A stretch of DNA of 64,000 nucleotides from Candidatus Palauibacter sp. Its GTDB lineage: Bacteria > Gemmatimonadota > Gemmatimonadetes > Palauibacterales > Palauibacteraceae. Each line of letters opens with the position of its first letter. Position 1 is the stretch's first letter. The notes under the pieces were generated by a model. That model was not told the origin of the DNA. It saw only the letters and a program-made list of their open reading frames with translations, and did not search any database. The DNA is taken from the NCBI RefSeq assembly GCF_965197445.1, contig NZ_CBDANE010000005.1:1067369-1131368 (forward strand), written 5' to 3'. Below, piece by piece: positions 48,243-57,999 of the stretch. Both the position numbers and the translations under genes were made by a program.

Positions 48243-49349
48243 ATGGAAACAGGTCCCGTCGCGAGCGTCCGGCTGCGCGCACTGCTGAACGAGATGATCG
48301 AGCGGGGCGCGTCCGACCTGCACCTCACGGCGGGCGGTCGTCCGAAGCTTCGGATCGACGGCCGGCTGGCGGACTGCGTCGACGAGGGGGTCCTGGGTCC
48401 CGACGACACGGAGGCGCTCGGGGGCTCCCTCCTCACCGACAGCCAGAGGAAGCGTTTCGCGCGGGACGCCGATCTTGACCTGAGCTTCTCGGTCGCGAAC
48501 CTGTCCCGCTTCCGTGTGAACCTGTTCAGGCAGCGCGGGAACGTGGCCTGTGCGATCCGCCGGATTCCGGTCGAGATCCGAACGCTGAGAGAACTCGGTA
48601 TCCCGCCCGTCGTGACCCGACTCACCCGGAAGCCGCGGGGGTTGGTGCTGGTCACCGGGCCCACCGGCTCAGGCAAGTCGACGACGCTGGCGGCCATGGT
48701 GGATCGGATTAACACCGAACGGGCGGGTCACATCGTCACGATCGAGGACCCGATCGAATTCGTGCATTCCCACAAGAGGTGCATCGTCAACCAGCGCGAG
48801 GTCGGGTACGACACCCGCAGCTTCGCCCACGCCCTGAAGTACGCGCTCCGGCAGGACCCCGACGTGATCCTCATCGGCGAGATGCGGGATCCGGAGACGA
48901 TCCAGGCGGCGCTCACGGTCGCGGAGACCGGACACCTGGCGCTCGCCACGCTGCATACCTACTCGGCGGCGGAGTCGATCAACCGAATCATCGACGCCTT
49001 CCCCTCCCACCGGCAGGAGCAGATTCGGGCGCAGTTCGCCCTCGTGTTCGAGGCGGTGATCACCCAGACCCTCCTCCGCCGGGCCGGGGGGAAGGGTCGC
49101 GTCGTGGCCTGCGAGGTTCTGGTCGCGACCCCCGCGACCCGGGCGCTGATCCGGGAGGAGAAGGTGCACCAGATCTACTCGGCGATGCAGGCCGCCCGGA
49201 AGTTCGGCATGCAGACGCTCAACGATTCCCTCTACCGGCTCTACGTGCGGCGAAGCGCGGATTTCGAGGAATGCCTTCGGGTCTCGTCCGATCCGGCGGA
49301 CTTCAGACGGATGACCGGGACTTCACTACCCGCCGGGGCCGTCCAGTGA
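48243..49349 (+). CDS. pilT: Twitching motility (pilus retraction) ATPase PilT
   Basis: Walker A GPTGSGKSTT, AIRRIP motif, and the GMQTL region typical of PilT. Confidence 0.9.
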   Translation: METGPVASVRLRALLNEMIERGASDLHLTAGGRPKLRIDGRLADCVDEGVLGPDDTEALGGSLLTDSQRKRFARDADLDLSFSVANLSRFRVNLFRQRGNVACAIRRIPVEIRTLRELGIPPVVTRLTRKPRGLVLVTGPTGSGKSTTLAAMVDRINTERAGHIVTIEDPIEFVHSHKRCIVNQREVGYDTRSFAHALKYALRQDPDVILIGEMRDPETIQAALTVAETGHLALATLHTYSAAESINRIIDAFPSHRQEQIRAQFALVFEAVITQTLLRRAGGKGRVVACEVLVATPATRALIREEKVHQIYSAMQAARKFGMQTLNDSLYRLYVRRSADFEECLRVSSDPADFRRMTGTSLPAGAVQ

Positions 49350-49454
49350 GAGGGGTGGTGAAGACCGGCCGTCGGCGAGGGTGTGGGGTGGACGATGCTG
49401 GGGCTGGCGGTCGGTCCAACTACCCCCCCGGCCTCCCCTGGGAGGTGTGGCGAT

Positions 49455-50558
49455 ATGCCCGCCTGGACGCGTAGCGCCGTTTCGCCGGCCGGGGCCATCC
49501 GTGCCGCCCTCAAACCGCGGGACCGTGTGAGGCCGCGCGAACTTGCCATCTTCACCCGTCAGCTCTCCGCCATGATCAACGCGGGTCTGCCGCTCACGCA
49601 GGCGCTGGAGACTCTCTCTCGGCAGACCGGGAGCGCCGCGCTCCGGACGGTGGCGCGGGAAATACTTCACGACGTGGAAGCCGGAAGTACACTGGCTGCC
49701 GCCCTCCGCCAACACCCGGCGGTGTTCACGAGACTCTATGTGAACATGGTCGAGGCCGGTGAATCCGGCAGCCGGCTCGACACGATTCTCGGTCGTCTCG
49801 CCGTCTTCCTCGAGAAGAGCGAACGGATCCGAAGGAAGGTGAAGGGCGCCATGATCTATCCCGCCGTGGTGCTCGGAGTGGCGGTAGCGGTGATCGCGAC
49901 GCTGCTCCTGTTCGTGATCCCGACGTTCGAGAACGTGTTCGCGGGCTTCGATGCCCTGCTGCCTCTTCCGACTCGCGTGGTCATCGCCCTCTCCCGGGCT
50001 GTCGAGAGCTGGTGGTGGGCCATTCTTGCGTTGGGCGGCGTGGTCTGCGTGCTCCTGCGCCGCTGGGTCGCCACGGAAGCGGGGCGGCTGCGCTGCGACC
50101 GCATCCTGTTGCGGTCCCCGATCCTCGGCTCGCTGTTCCGCAGGACGGCGGTGTCCCGTTTCACCCGGACCCTCGGTACGCTGCTTTCGTCGGGCGTACC
50201 CATCCTCGAAGGGCTCGAGGTCACGGCGCGGACGGCGGGAAACCGGGTGATCCACGACGCGGTGCTGGAGAGCAGGGTCGCGATCGCGGGCGGAGAGTCG
50301 ATCGCGCGGCCGCTCCGGGAGACCGGTGTTTTTCCGCCGATGGTGTCCCAGATGATCCATGTGGGGGAAGAAACGGGAGATCTCGACGGCATGCTGGCCC
50401 GGATCGCCGACTACTACGACGAGGAGGTCGACGCCGCGGTCGAAGGCCTCCTCAAGGTGCTCGAGCCCGCCCTCATCGTGGTCCTGGGCGGCCTCGTCGG
50501 CGGCATGATCATCGCCATGTACCTTCCGATCTTCGATCTCGTCGATACGATCCAGTAG
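49455..50558 (+). CDS. pilC: Type IV pilus platform protein PilC (GspF family)
   Basis: Two GspF repeats (ELAIFTRQLSAMINAGLPL…; second repeat …LGTLLSSGVPILEGLEV…). Start at MPAWTRS, with GGAGG 9 nt upstream. Confidence 0.85.
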   Translation: MPAWTRSAVSPAGAIRAALKPRDRVRPRELAIFTRQLSAMINAGLPLTQALETLSRQTGSAALRTVAREILHDVEAGSTLAAALRQHPAVFTRLYVNMVEAGESGSRLDTILGRLAVFLEKSERIRRKVKGAMIYPAVVLGVAVAVIATLLLFVIPTFENVFAGFDALLPLPTRVVIALSRAVESWWWAILALGGVVCVLLRRWVATEAGRLRCDRILLRSPILGSLFRRTAVSRFTRTLGTLLSSGVPILEGLEVTARTAGNRVIHDAVLESRVAIAGGESIARPLRETGVFPPMVSQMIHVGEETGDLDGMLARIADYYDEEVDAAVEGLLKVLEPALIVVLGGLVGGMIIAMYLPIFDLVDTIQ

Positions 50559-50623
50559 CGGGGCCGTGGCACAGGCTTCGCAACTCCCGCTTGCCGGGGC
50601 GTTCGGTGGTCCCTCTACTTGGC

Positions 50624-51097
50624 TCCATGTGCGCGAGTGCCAGCGACGCGAGACGGGGGACGCCCCCCGACGTGCGAGACCTTATCGGCGAGCCGGCCGA
50701 CACCGCCTCCGAACGATTCGGGCGGGCGATCGCCGATCGGAGGGTCGGCGAGGATCGATGGTTGCGATTCGAGGGCTCGGACTGGTCGGTTCGCCTGCGC
50801 GCCAGATCGGAGCGGCCGGGTGCCCCCGCGCGGATCCGCTCGTGGACCGTGGCATTCCTGCACGGGTTCGACACGGTGGAGGGCGCGATGCGCGCTGCGG
50901 GGTTGCCTCCTCCTGCATCGCGGGCCGGGGCCGGCGCCGGTCCGTTACGCCTTCCGCTGAGCGATGGAGCCGGGCGCCTGCACTCCCTCACCGCTTCGTT
51001 GAGGGACGGACGGATCCGTTCGATCTCCGGCTTCGATGAGCGGCCCGACTGGTGCGACCCGGGGATGGACGAACCCTCCGGGTCGGCCCGTGGTTGA
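50624..51097 (+). CDS. Hypothetical protein between pilC and pilA
   Basis: The only frame in this 670-nt gap with strong GC3 bias and balanced composition (MCASASDARRGTPPDVRDLIGEPADTASERFGRAIADRRVGEDRWLRFEGSDW…). Start uncertain, no clear RBS. Confidence 0.3.
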   Translation, partial: SMCASASDARRGTPPDVRDLIGEPADTASERFGRAIADRRVGEDRWLRFEGSDWSVRLRARSERPGAPARIRSWTVAFLHGFDTVEGAMRAAGLPPPASRAGAGAGPLRLPLSDGAGRLHSLTASLRDGRIRSISGFDERPDWCDPGMDEPSGSARG

Positions 51098-51231
51098 TAC
51101 TCCGTTGTCAGTGCAGGGCTTCCTGGAGCGCGAACGCGCGCCGTCTCCCGCAAAGCGCGGAGTCTGTGCGTCGGCGGCGCCGGTGCCGGGAAGCCGCCGT
51201 GGATCCACCGATGCGTGAAGTGAGGGGCGGG

Positions 51232-51648
51232 ATGAAGATGAAGAGGGAAGAAGGGTTCACGTTGATCGAACTGCTGATCGTGGTCGTCATCATCGGCATT
51301 CTCGCCGCGGTGGCGATCCCGCAGTTCACGAGCACGAAGGAAAAAGCGTTCGATGCCGCCGCAAAGAGCGACATTCGCAACATGATGACGGCGGAAGAGG
51401 CCTATTTCTTCACCACACAGGCCTACGCGGCCACCACCGTCCCGGCCGGAGGCTCGGCGGATCTGGACGGTGACGGAACTCCGGACTTCCAGGCCAGCCA
51501 GAACGTGTCGCTGACGGCGACGGACTACACGGACGGGTACCAGATCACCGCGAAGCACGCAGCTTCGAACCAGACATGGTGCGTGAACTCGTCGGCCGCC
51601 TCCGCCACGGGCGCGGTGGGCCAGATCCTGCCTGCCAGCAGCTGCTGA
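51232..51648 (+). CDS. pilA: Type IV major pilin PilA
   Basis: Class III signal with the cleavage/methylation motif MKMKREEG|FTLIELLIVVVIIGILAAVAIPQF. C-terminal Cys pair (WCVN…ASSC). RBS GAGGGG. Confidence 0.8.
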   Translation: MKMKREEGFTLIELLIVVVIIGILAAVAIPQFTSTKEKAFDAAAKSDIRNMMTAEEAYFFTTQAYAATTVPAGGSADLDGDGTPDFQASQNVSLTATDYTDGYQITAKHAASNQTWCVNSSAASATGAVGQILPASSC

Positions 51649-51652
51649 CAGA

Positions 51653-51680
51653 GCCCCGCCCCGTTCGCGGGCGGGGGCGG
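51653..51680 (+). terminator. GC-rich hairpin with a UUCG tetraloop immediately after pilA (terminator-like)
   Basis: Seen directly: gCCCCGCCCCG-ttcg-CGGGCGGGGGc, about 10 bp of GC stem with one small bulge. No clear U-tract follows, which is common in high-GC genomes. Confidence 0.4.
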
Positions 51681-51761
51681 CGTCGTTGAGGCGCCGTTGA
51701 CACGGGAGACGACTCTCCTTGATGAAGCTCGCAAGGCTCATTCGATGGAGGGAGGCGCTCC

Positions 51762-52211
51762 GTGGCAAGATACCGATCCCGTGCACAGTGGAGTGGGTTC
51801 AGCCTGGTCGAAATGTTGGTGGCGATCTGTCTCGCCGGCACAGCGGCCGCCGTCGTCATGTCGCGAGGACCCCTTGACCGGCTTGGTCTGAGCCGCGCGG
51901 CCCGCGTGGCGGAATCGCAGTTGGTGCTGGCGCGACTCAAGGCCGTTGCCACCCACGCGCCGACGGAAGTGAGACTCGTCGGCACGCGGCTCGAAGTGGC
52001 CCGGCGCGGTGGCCGCCTCCTGTCTCGCGTCGAACTCGCGCGGCACGGGCTCGGTCGGCTGGACTCGGCCCGCCTTCGACCTTCCACCCTGCGGTTCAAT
52101 GCCCGAGGACACGGGTCGCCGGGCAGCCTCTACCTCTATCGCGGTCGGCTGGGCGTACGTCTCGTGTCGAACTTCGTGGGGCGGGTCCGGGCCGTCCCGT
52201 TGCAGCGGTGA
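51762..52211 (+). CDS. Minor pilin / pseudopilin with prepilin-type N-terminus (FimT/GspH-like)
   Basis: G|FSLVEMLVAICLAG cleavage/methylation motif. GTG start with GGAGGGAGG upstream. Confidence 0.7.
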   Translation: MARYRSRAQWSGFSLVEMLVAICLAGTAAAVVMSRGPLDRLGLSRAARVAESQLVLARLKAVATHAPTEVRLVGTRLEVARRGGRLLSRVELARHGLGRLDSARLRPSTLRFNARGHGSPGSLYLYRGRLGVRLVSNFVGRVRAVPLQR

Positions 52212-52594
52212 ACGTCGCGGGTGGTTCTCGATGCGCGGGGTTCGGCCTCGTTGAGGTCGCGGTGGCCATCGCGGTGTCGTCGGTCGGCGTGCTCGGCGCC
52301 GCGGGCGTGGCCATCGCGATCGCCTCGCAGGCGCGGCACTCGAACTGGGACACCCAGTACACTCTGGCGGGTCGTAAGGCCGTCGAGGCGATCGTACAGG
52401 AAGGGCATGACCGCGTGGTCTCCGGCACGACGACCCTCGAGGTCGCCGGACGGCGGTACCAGGCTTCGCATGTCGTGACGACCCCCGAGCCGCGGTTGAA
52501 GCAGGTTCAGGTGACGGTCGCCTCGCCGCCCGGTCCCACGGTCGCGTTCGAAATCCTGCTGGTGCGGGATCGACCCCTGCCGGCGGCACCGTGA
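52208..52594 (+). CDS. Minor pilin PilV-like
   Basis: G|FGLVEVAVAIAVSS N-terminal motif. GTG start overlaps the upstream stop (GTGA). Confidence 0.65.
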   Translation: MNVAGGSRCAGFGLVEVAVAIAVSSVGVLGAAGVAIAIASQARHSNWDTQYTLAGRKAVEAIVQEGHDRVVSGTTTLEVAGRRYQASHVVTTPEPRLKQVQVTVASPPGPTVAFEILLVRDRPLPAAP

Positions 52595-53442
52595 GCGCCG
52601 CGACGCGGAGCCGACCCGGTCCAGCGGCCGGGCCGGAAGGATTCACGCTCGCCGAAATGCTCGTCGCCCTGGCGGGCGCGAGCCTGCTCGGCGCCGCACT
52701 CATTGGGCTCCTCGCGAGCCAGAGCCGCTTTCACCTCCGTAACGAAGACGGCATCCAGGCCGCGCAAACCACGCGCGCGCTCCTGGACGGGATGGGCGCG
52801 GAAATCCGCGGAGCCGGTTCGGCAGATCTTCTGCAGGCCACCCCGGATACCGTGTCACTTCGTTTCGACGTGCTGAGGACGATCGTGTGCGACACGGTCG
52901 GTGGCGGCGGCGCAGACCTGTTCGTGTACGATTCCGTTTCTGCCACGAACCTGCGGTCCCGATGGCGCGGGACCGCCGTTTCCGGTCCCTACGCCGTGCC
53001 CTGGATCTACGCGGACGGGTTTACGCCGGTCTCGGGTGTCTCGGCTGACGCGGAGGCTACCTGCCGGGCAGCCGGGGCGGATCGAGCCAACCAGGCGTCC
53101 GCGAGGCAGTTCCGCCGCGCGAGCGGCTGGGGCGGTCGTTTCGGGGCCACCCCGCCGCGCGGCGCCCTCGCCCGGGTCTACGGCCGCCTCACGTATTCGA
53201 TCCGGGCATCCAGTTCCGAGCCGGGGACGCTCTCGATCCGTCGCAACGGCCAGGAGTTCGCTCTCCCGCTGGGGCCCGGCGCGTCGTTCGAGTATGGGAT
53301 GTCGGACGGGACGACACAGGCGCGTGTCGCCTCGGGAGACCTGTCCCGTGTCGCCGAGGTCCGCCTGGTCGCGACGGCCATCGGACGCAACAGACTCGGG
53401 GCCGGTCGCCGAATCAGCCACCCGATGCCGCTTCGGAATTGA
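52591..53442 (+). CDS. Minor pilin PilW-like
   Basis: G|FTLAEMLVALAGASLL N-terminal motif. GTG start overlaps the upstream stop (GTGA). Confidence 0.6.
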   Translation: MSAATRSRPGPAAGPEGFTLAEMLVALAGASLLGAALIGLLASQSRFHLRNEDGIQAAQTTRALLDGMGAEIRGAGSADLLQATPDTVSLRFDVLRTIVCDTVGGGGADLFVYDSVSATNLRSRWRGTAVSGPYAVPWIYADGFTPVSGVSADAEATCRAAGADRANQASARQFRRASGWGGRFGATPPRGALARVYGRLTYSIRASSSEPGTLSIRRNGQEFALPLGPGASFEYGMSDGTTQARVASGDLSRVAEVRLVATAIGRNRLGAGRRISHPMPLRN

Positions 53443-53454
53443 GATGGGTGTCCG

Positions 53455-54453
53455 ATGAGGATTGGGCGGCCCGCGAGCGGCGGGCGGGTGCTGTCGGCGA
53501 TCGGGTTTCGGAGCCGACGGACGACCGTCGGCCTGGATATCGGGAGCGGCTTCAACAAGGCCGTGGTTGTGGATCACGCCCGGAACGCGCCCCGACTGGC
53601 GAGGGTCGCGATCGCCCCGAACGCCGAGGGCACTGTGGTCGCCGGGGCGATCAGGGATCCCGACCGGGTAGCCGAGTCCCTCGCCTCGATGTTCGCCCGC
53701 GGGGGGATCGCGCAGCGTGAGGTCGTCATCGGCGTGAGCGGGCGCGATGTCATGAGCAAGCTGATCGAGGTGGATCGAATGGATGAGGAGGAAGCCCGCG
53801 CAGCGATCCCCTGGGAGGCGGAGCAGCATGTGCCGTTCGACATGGAAGCGGTGCAGCTGGACTTCGTGATAACAGATCCCTCGGGGGAGGGTCCGACGAT
53901 GACCGTGTTGCTCGCCGCGGCGAAGCGGGAGCTGATCGAGACACGGGTCTCTCTGCTCCGGCGGGCGGGGCTCATCCCGGTCGCGGTCGATGTAGAAGCC
54001 CTTGCTCTCCACAATGCGCTCGAGGCCAACTACCCGGGTGCCATGCAGGGAGTCACCGGGCTGGTCGACGTGGGAGCCGAAGCCACGACCGTGCATGTCC
54101 TCGCTGACGGTGTCCCGGTGCTGGCGCGCGACCTGGGGATCGGAACCGGGGGATTGTCGGGAGACGACGTGACCCCGCGCGCAGGCCGCATCGCGAACGG
54201 CATCGAACGTGCCGGAGCGTTCGTCGAAGCGGGTGGTTTCGGACTCGGGCTCGCCCGGATTTTCCTGTGCGGCGGCGGTGTCGCCGCCTCCGGCCTGTCG
54301 GATCTCCTCGCGCAGCGGCTGGGCGTCGAGACTCATGTGGCGAATGCGCTCGAGCGTCTCGATGTCGGGCCTGACGTGGCGGATCGCACGGATCTCGGCG
54401 ATGTGGCGCCCATGCTGATGCTGTCCGTCGGCCTGGCGCTCCGTCGGCCGTGA
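53455..54453 (+). CDS. pilM: Type IV pilus assembly protein PilM (actin-like)
   Basis: VGLDIGSGFNKAVVVD N-terminus and the actin/FtsA-like fold. Confidence 0.85.
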   Translation: MRIGRPASGGRVLSAIGFRSRRTTVGLDIGSGFNKAVVVDHARNAPRLARVAIAPNAEGTVVAGAIRDPDRVAESLASMFARGGIAQREVVIGVSGRDVMSKLIEVDRMDEEEARAAIPWEAEQHVPFDMEAVQLDFVITDPSGEGPTMTVLLAAAKRELIETRVSLLRRAGLIPVAVDVEALALHNALEANYPGAMQGVTGLVDVGAEATTVHVLADGVPVLARDLGIGTGGLSGDDVTPRAGRIANGIERAGAFVEAGGFGLGLARIFLCGGGVAASGLSDLLAQRLGVETHVANALERLDVGPDVADRTDLGDVAPMLMLSVGLALRRP

Positions 54454-54487
54454 CCGGCATGCACGACGCAGACGGACCGCCGCGCCC

Positions 54488-55129
54488 GTGATCGAAGTCA
54501 ATCTGCTGCCGGGATCGGAGCGCTCGGGCACGAGGGGCGGATCGTCCGAGGATCCGTCCCGCCGGCGACGCGCGCGCTTCGACCTCCTGGGGACGGCCCT
54601 TCTGGTGGCGACCCTGACCATCCCGTCCGGAGCGGCGTTCCTCTGGTGGATCCAGCGCTCCGCGGCGCAAACCCTGCGCGGCCGGCTGGATGACGCAGCG
54701 GCCGACTCTGCACGGCTCGCCGGGCTTCGGATCATCAGCGACAGCCTCACAGCCAGATCCACCCAGATCCGGGAGCGGGCCGCCCTCGTCGAACAACTTG
54801 ACCGAGGCCGCTTCCTGTGGCCCCACGTCCTCGACGAGATCAGTCGCGCTCTCCCGCGCCTTGCGTGGCTGATTTCTCTCCGCCGGCTGTCGCCGCCGCC
54901 TGACCTCGCCCTCGAACTGCACGGTGTCGCCGCCAATCCGCTGGCGATCACGGAATTCGTCAGGAACCTGGGAGCATCCGACTACATCGGCGAAGTCAGG
55001 ATTCTCGGTAGCCAGAAGCAGGGCTTCGAATCCGACGAAGTCTCCCGGCAGGCCTTCACTCTGATTCTCCGTCTCTCCGGCACCCCCACGGCTCCTCGCG
55101 CCGACATGACCGGGACCGGCTCACCTTGA
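54488..55129 (+). CDS. pilN: Type IV pilus assembly protein PilN
   Basis: IEVNLLPG N-terminus, a single TM helix and a periplasmic coiled coil. GTG start. Confidence 0.8.
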   Translation: MIEVNLLPGSERSGTRGGSSEDPSRRRRARFDLLGTALLVATLTIPSGAAFLWWIQRSAAQTLRGRLDDAAADSARLAGLRIISDSLTARSTQIRERAALVEQLDRGRFLWPHVLDEISRALPRLAWLISLRRLSPPPDLALELHGVAANPLAITEFVRNLGASDYIGEVRILGSQKQGFESDEVSRQAFTLILRLSGTPTAPRADMTGTGSP

Positions 55130-55716
55130 CCCTCCTGCCCCGCGACCCGCGCGACCAGACCCGGCTCCTGTGCCTGATCTTTCTCCTGGGGTTCGGGGTC
55201 GCCTTCCATCTGTACGTCTGGACTCCCCGGCGGATCGAACTCGCCGCACTGGAGCAACACATCGAACAGGCGGAGCGCGCGAATACGCTCGCGGAAACGC
55301 GCGCAGGCGACCTGGATGCCGTCCGCGATGACCTCGAACTCGGAGAACGCCAGTTCGCCCTTCTCCAGCGGCTTATGCCCGAAACGAGTGAAGTCGCCGC
55401 GATCTACGAGGCGATCGCTGCGGAGACGCAGTCACTCGGGCTCGAGCTCGTCCACGTCGTACCGAGCGACCCGATGCCCGACTCCGCCGGCTACTTCCTG
55501 CGACAACACTGGGCCATGCAGGTCGAGGGCGGATACCATCGGGTCGGCCAGTTCCTCGCTCGCGTCGCGGCCTTCACCCGCATCGTGCGCCCGGAGGTCG
55601 AGGAGATCGTTCCCGCCCGCATTACGAATTCAGGGCGTCAACTCGTTCATGTGCGCTTCACCCTGGAGACCTTCGTCCTGCCGCCGGCCGGCGGCATTCC
55701 ACTGGAGCGCGGATGA
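55126..55716 (+). CDS. pilO: Type IV pilus assembly protein PilO
   Basis: TM helix plus coiled coil; the position between pilN and pilP supports the call. TTG start overlaps the pilN stop (TTGA). Confidence 0.75.
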   Translation: MTLLPRDPRDQTRLLCLIFLLGFGVAFHLYVWTPRRIELAALEQHIEQAERANTLAETRAGDLDAVRDDLELGERQFALLQRLMPETSEVAAIYEAIAAETQSLGLELVHVVPSDPMPDSAGYFLRQHWAMQVEGGYHRVGQFLARVAAFTRIVRPEVEEIVPARITNSGRQLVHVRFTLETFVLPPAGGIPLERG

Positions 55717-56132
55717 TCACGACCCGGCCTCTCGGGATCGCCCTGATCCTTGCCTCTGCGGCCTCCGCTTCGACGGTCGGGTCCGCCTCGGCTCAAGTGC
55801 CGATCCTGACCCCCTTGGCACGCGAAGTCTTTACGTACCCGGCCTTTGGTCGGCGAGACCCGTTCCAGCCGCTCAACATCGGCGAGCAAGGGGGGCCCCG
55901 TTTCTCGGATCTCAGGCTCTCCGGCGTGCTGTTCAACCCCGGCCTGGGCAGCGTCGCGACGCTGACCGACAGGAAGACCGGCCGCAGGTATCGGGCACGG
56001 GAAGATGATGTCCTCGGGGAGGCACGGGTCGTCCGGATCCGCGCCGGCGAGGTGGACTTCGAGATCACGAACTTCGGGGTCAGTCGGAGCGAGACACTGA
56101 GGGTCCGACGGCAGCGGGGTACCGGAAGATGA
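55713..56132 (+). CDS. pilP: Type IV pilus assembly protein PilP
   Basis: Signal peptide and a small beta domain; ATGA overlaps on both sides. Confidence 0.7.
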   Translation: MITTRPLGIALILASAASASTVGSASAQVPILTPLAREVFTYPAFGRRDPFQPLNIGEQGGPRFSDLRLSGVLFNPGLGSVATLTDRKTGRRYRAREDDVLGEARVVRIRAGEVDFEITNFGVSRSETLRVRRQRGTGR

Positions 56133-57889
56133 TGGGCCGGTGGGTCCTCGCGATCGCCCTCGCGACCGGCTTCGACGGGGCAGCCGACGTCCGGGAAGTG
56201 CGGATCGCGCCGACCGGATCGGAGACTGAAATCACGGTCCTGGTTGGAGGGGAGGTCACGGCACGCCACCTCATGCTCGCGGACCCCCCGCGGCTCCTCC
56301 TCGACCTGGAGGGAGCGAGCCACAAGCTCGCGCGTCACAGCTACACGGGGATCGGCCGGGGCGGCGTCCTTCGCATGCGGTCGAGCCAGTTTCGGCCCGA
56401 TGTCGTACGGATCGTCTTCGATCTCACTCTTGAGACCGACTACCGGGTCGCCATGGACACGGGTGCAGTCCGCCTCATCCTTCGCAATCCCGGCCCGACG
56501 TTTGCGTCCTGGTCGACTGCGACCACCCCGGCGGAGACGACGCAACCCTCCCGCCGGCTGCCGGTCGCCGGACAGGGGGAGCCGCGGATCTCCGTCGTGT
56601 ACGACAGCGCCAGCATGCTCGACGTACTCGCCGGCTTCTCGGAGTTCGCTGACGTCTCGGTGGTCCCGAACGGCGAGGTCGCCTCGGTGACCGTGCGCGG
56701 CATCGACATCAGAGATCAGCCGTGGGATGTGGCTCTGAGCGCGATCCTCTCAGCCCAGAACCTCGGCTGGCACACGACCGAGAGCGGCATCATCGTCGTT
56801 GACTGGCTCGAGAACCTGCAGGCGCGAGACCAGCTTCTCAGCGAAACGCGGGTCATCCGGATCAACTATGCGAGCGCGGATTCCGTCGCCGAGACCCTCC
56901 GCCATCTGGCGACGCCCAACCGAGGCCAGGTCGTCGCGTTCGCGGGCAGCAACACGGTCATCGTCACGGACGCGCCTTCGGTCGTGGCACGGTTGGACAC
57001 CATCGTCGCGACCCTGGACCGGCGACTTCCGCAGGTAGCCGTCGAAGCGAAGATCGTGTTCGTTGACCGGACCGACGTCCAGCAACTGGGGATCGTCTAC
57101 GATCTCAAGCAGCGGAACGGGGGGCTGGTGGAGCAAGGCCTCAACGACCGCATTGCCGCGCCCGACCCCAACGAACCGCCCCAGTTCGTCGACAGCGATG
57201 GCGACGGCGTCCCCGACCAGACGTTCTTCAGACGAACGAACGAGACGATCGTGAACCTTGGAGGCGACGCGATCGCGGCCCTGGCGAACGCGAATGATCG
57301 ACCGGTGGCGGCGGCGCTCCAGATTCTGACGGCGGTCGCGTTCGGCGAGTTCTCTCTGTTCGCGTTCATCGAAGCCCTCGAGTCTCACCAACTCTCGGAC
57401 GTTCAGGCGGTGCCGTCGATTCAGGTGGTGGACAATGCCCACGCGAGAATCCAGGTAGGCGAACGGACACCGATCCGCGTGCTGGAGCCGGGTGCCCGGA
57501 CCGAGGCGGCGCGGGTCAACGTGCAGTTCGAGGACACCGGCATCATTCTCGACGTCGTCCCGCATGTGACGAACAACAACCAGATTCGACTCGAGCTCAT
57601 GGCCGAGCGGTCCGGCCTGAAGCTTGGTCTCTCCGACGTGGGCTTCGTGTTCGAGAAACAGATCGGCGAGACGACGCTTCTGCTCGATGATGGCGAGACG
57701 GCGGTGATCGGGGGGCTCACCCTGAGTGAGGTGAGCCGCAGCCGGAGCGGCATACCCGGCCTGATGAACCTCCCCCTGATCGGGAGTCTGTTCCGGACCA
57801 CGAAAGAGAACGAGGTGAAGCAGGATCTGATCATCCTCGTCACACCCCACATCATCGAAGTCATCGAACGCCGCCCCGGCGGCGGATAG
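56129..57889 (+). CDS. pilQ: Type IV pilus secretin PilQ
   Basis: N-terminal AMIN domain, N0/N1 domains and the C-terminal secretin domain (…VIGGL…IPGLMNLPLIGSLF…LIILVTPHII). Confidence 0.9.
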   Translation: MMGRWVLAIALATGFDGAADVREVRIAPTGSETEITVLVGGEVTARHLMLADPPRLLLDLEGASHKLARHSYTGIGRGGVLRMRSSQFRPDVVRIVFDLTLETDYRVAMDTGAVRLILRNPGPTFASWSTATTPAETTQPSRRLPVAGQGEPRISVVYDSASMLDVLAGFSEFADVSVVPNGEVASVTVRGIDIRDQPWDVALSAILSAQNLGWHTTESGIIVVDWLENLQARDQLLSETRVIRINYASADSVAETLRHLATPNRGQVVAFAGSNTVIVTDAPSVVARLDTIVATLDRRLPQVAVEAKIVFVDRTDVQQLGIVYDLKQRNGGLVEQGLNDRIAAPDPNEPPQFVDSDGDGVPDQTFFRRTNETIVNLGGDAIAALANANDRPVAAALQILTAVAFGEFSLFAFIEALESHQLSDVQAVPSIQVVDNAHARIQVGERTPIRVLEPGARTEAARVNVQFEDTGIILDVVPHVTNNNQIRLELMAERSGLKLGLSDVGFVFEKQIGETTLLLDDGETAVIGGLTLSEVSRSRSGIPGLMNLPLIGSLFRTTKENEVKQDLIILVTPHIIEVIERRPGGG

Positions 57890-57899
57890 CCGGCGGGTC

Positions 57900-57912
57900 G
57901 GGGGGGGGGGGG
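57900..57912. repeat. Homopolymeric G13 tract between pilQ and aroC
   Basis: Seen directly: tcGGGGGGGGGGGGGcaacgggg. Confidence 0.8.
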
Positions 57913-57999
57913 CAACGGGGTGCCGGTTGCGGCTCTTGCCCCCGGCGAATCCTTTTCCTCGCCATCCGGGGCCTACGTTACAAGGAGCGAAGCGGCGCG

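Noticed and set aside
50566-51039. ORF track candidate in the pilC-pilA gap (157 aa)
   Set aside because: Arg-rich composition with poor third-position GC bias. The overlapping frame starting at 50624 looks like the real coding frame, if any.
51697-51730. TTGACA hexamer after the pilA hairpin as a possible promoter for the minor pilin genes
   Set aside because: There is no convincing -10 element (TANNNT) at 16-18 bp spacing. Retained only as a weak possibility.
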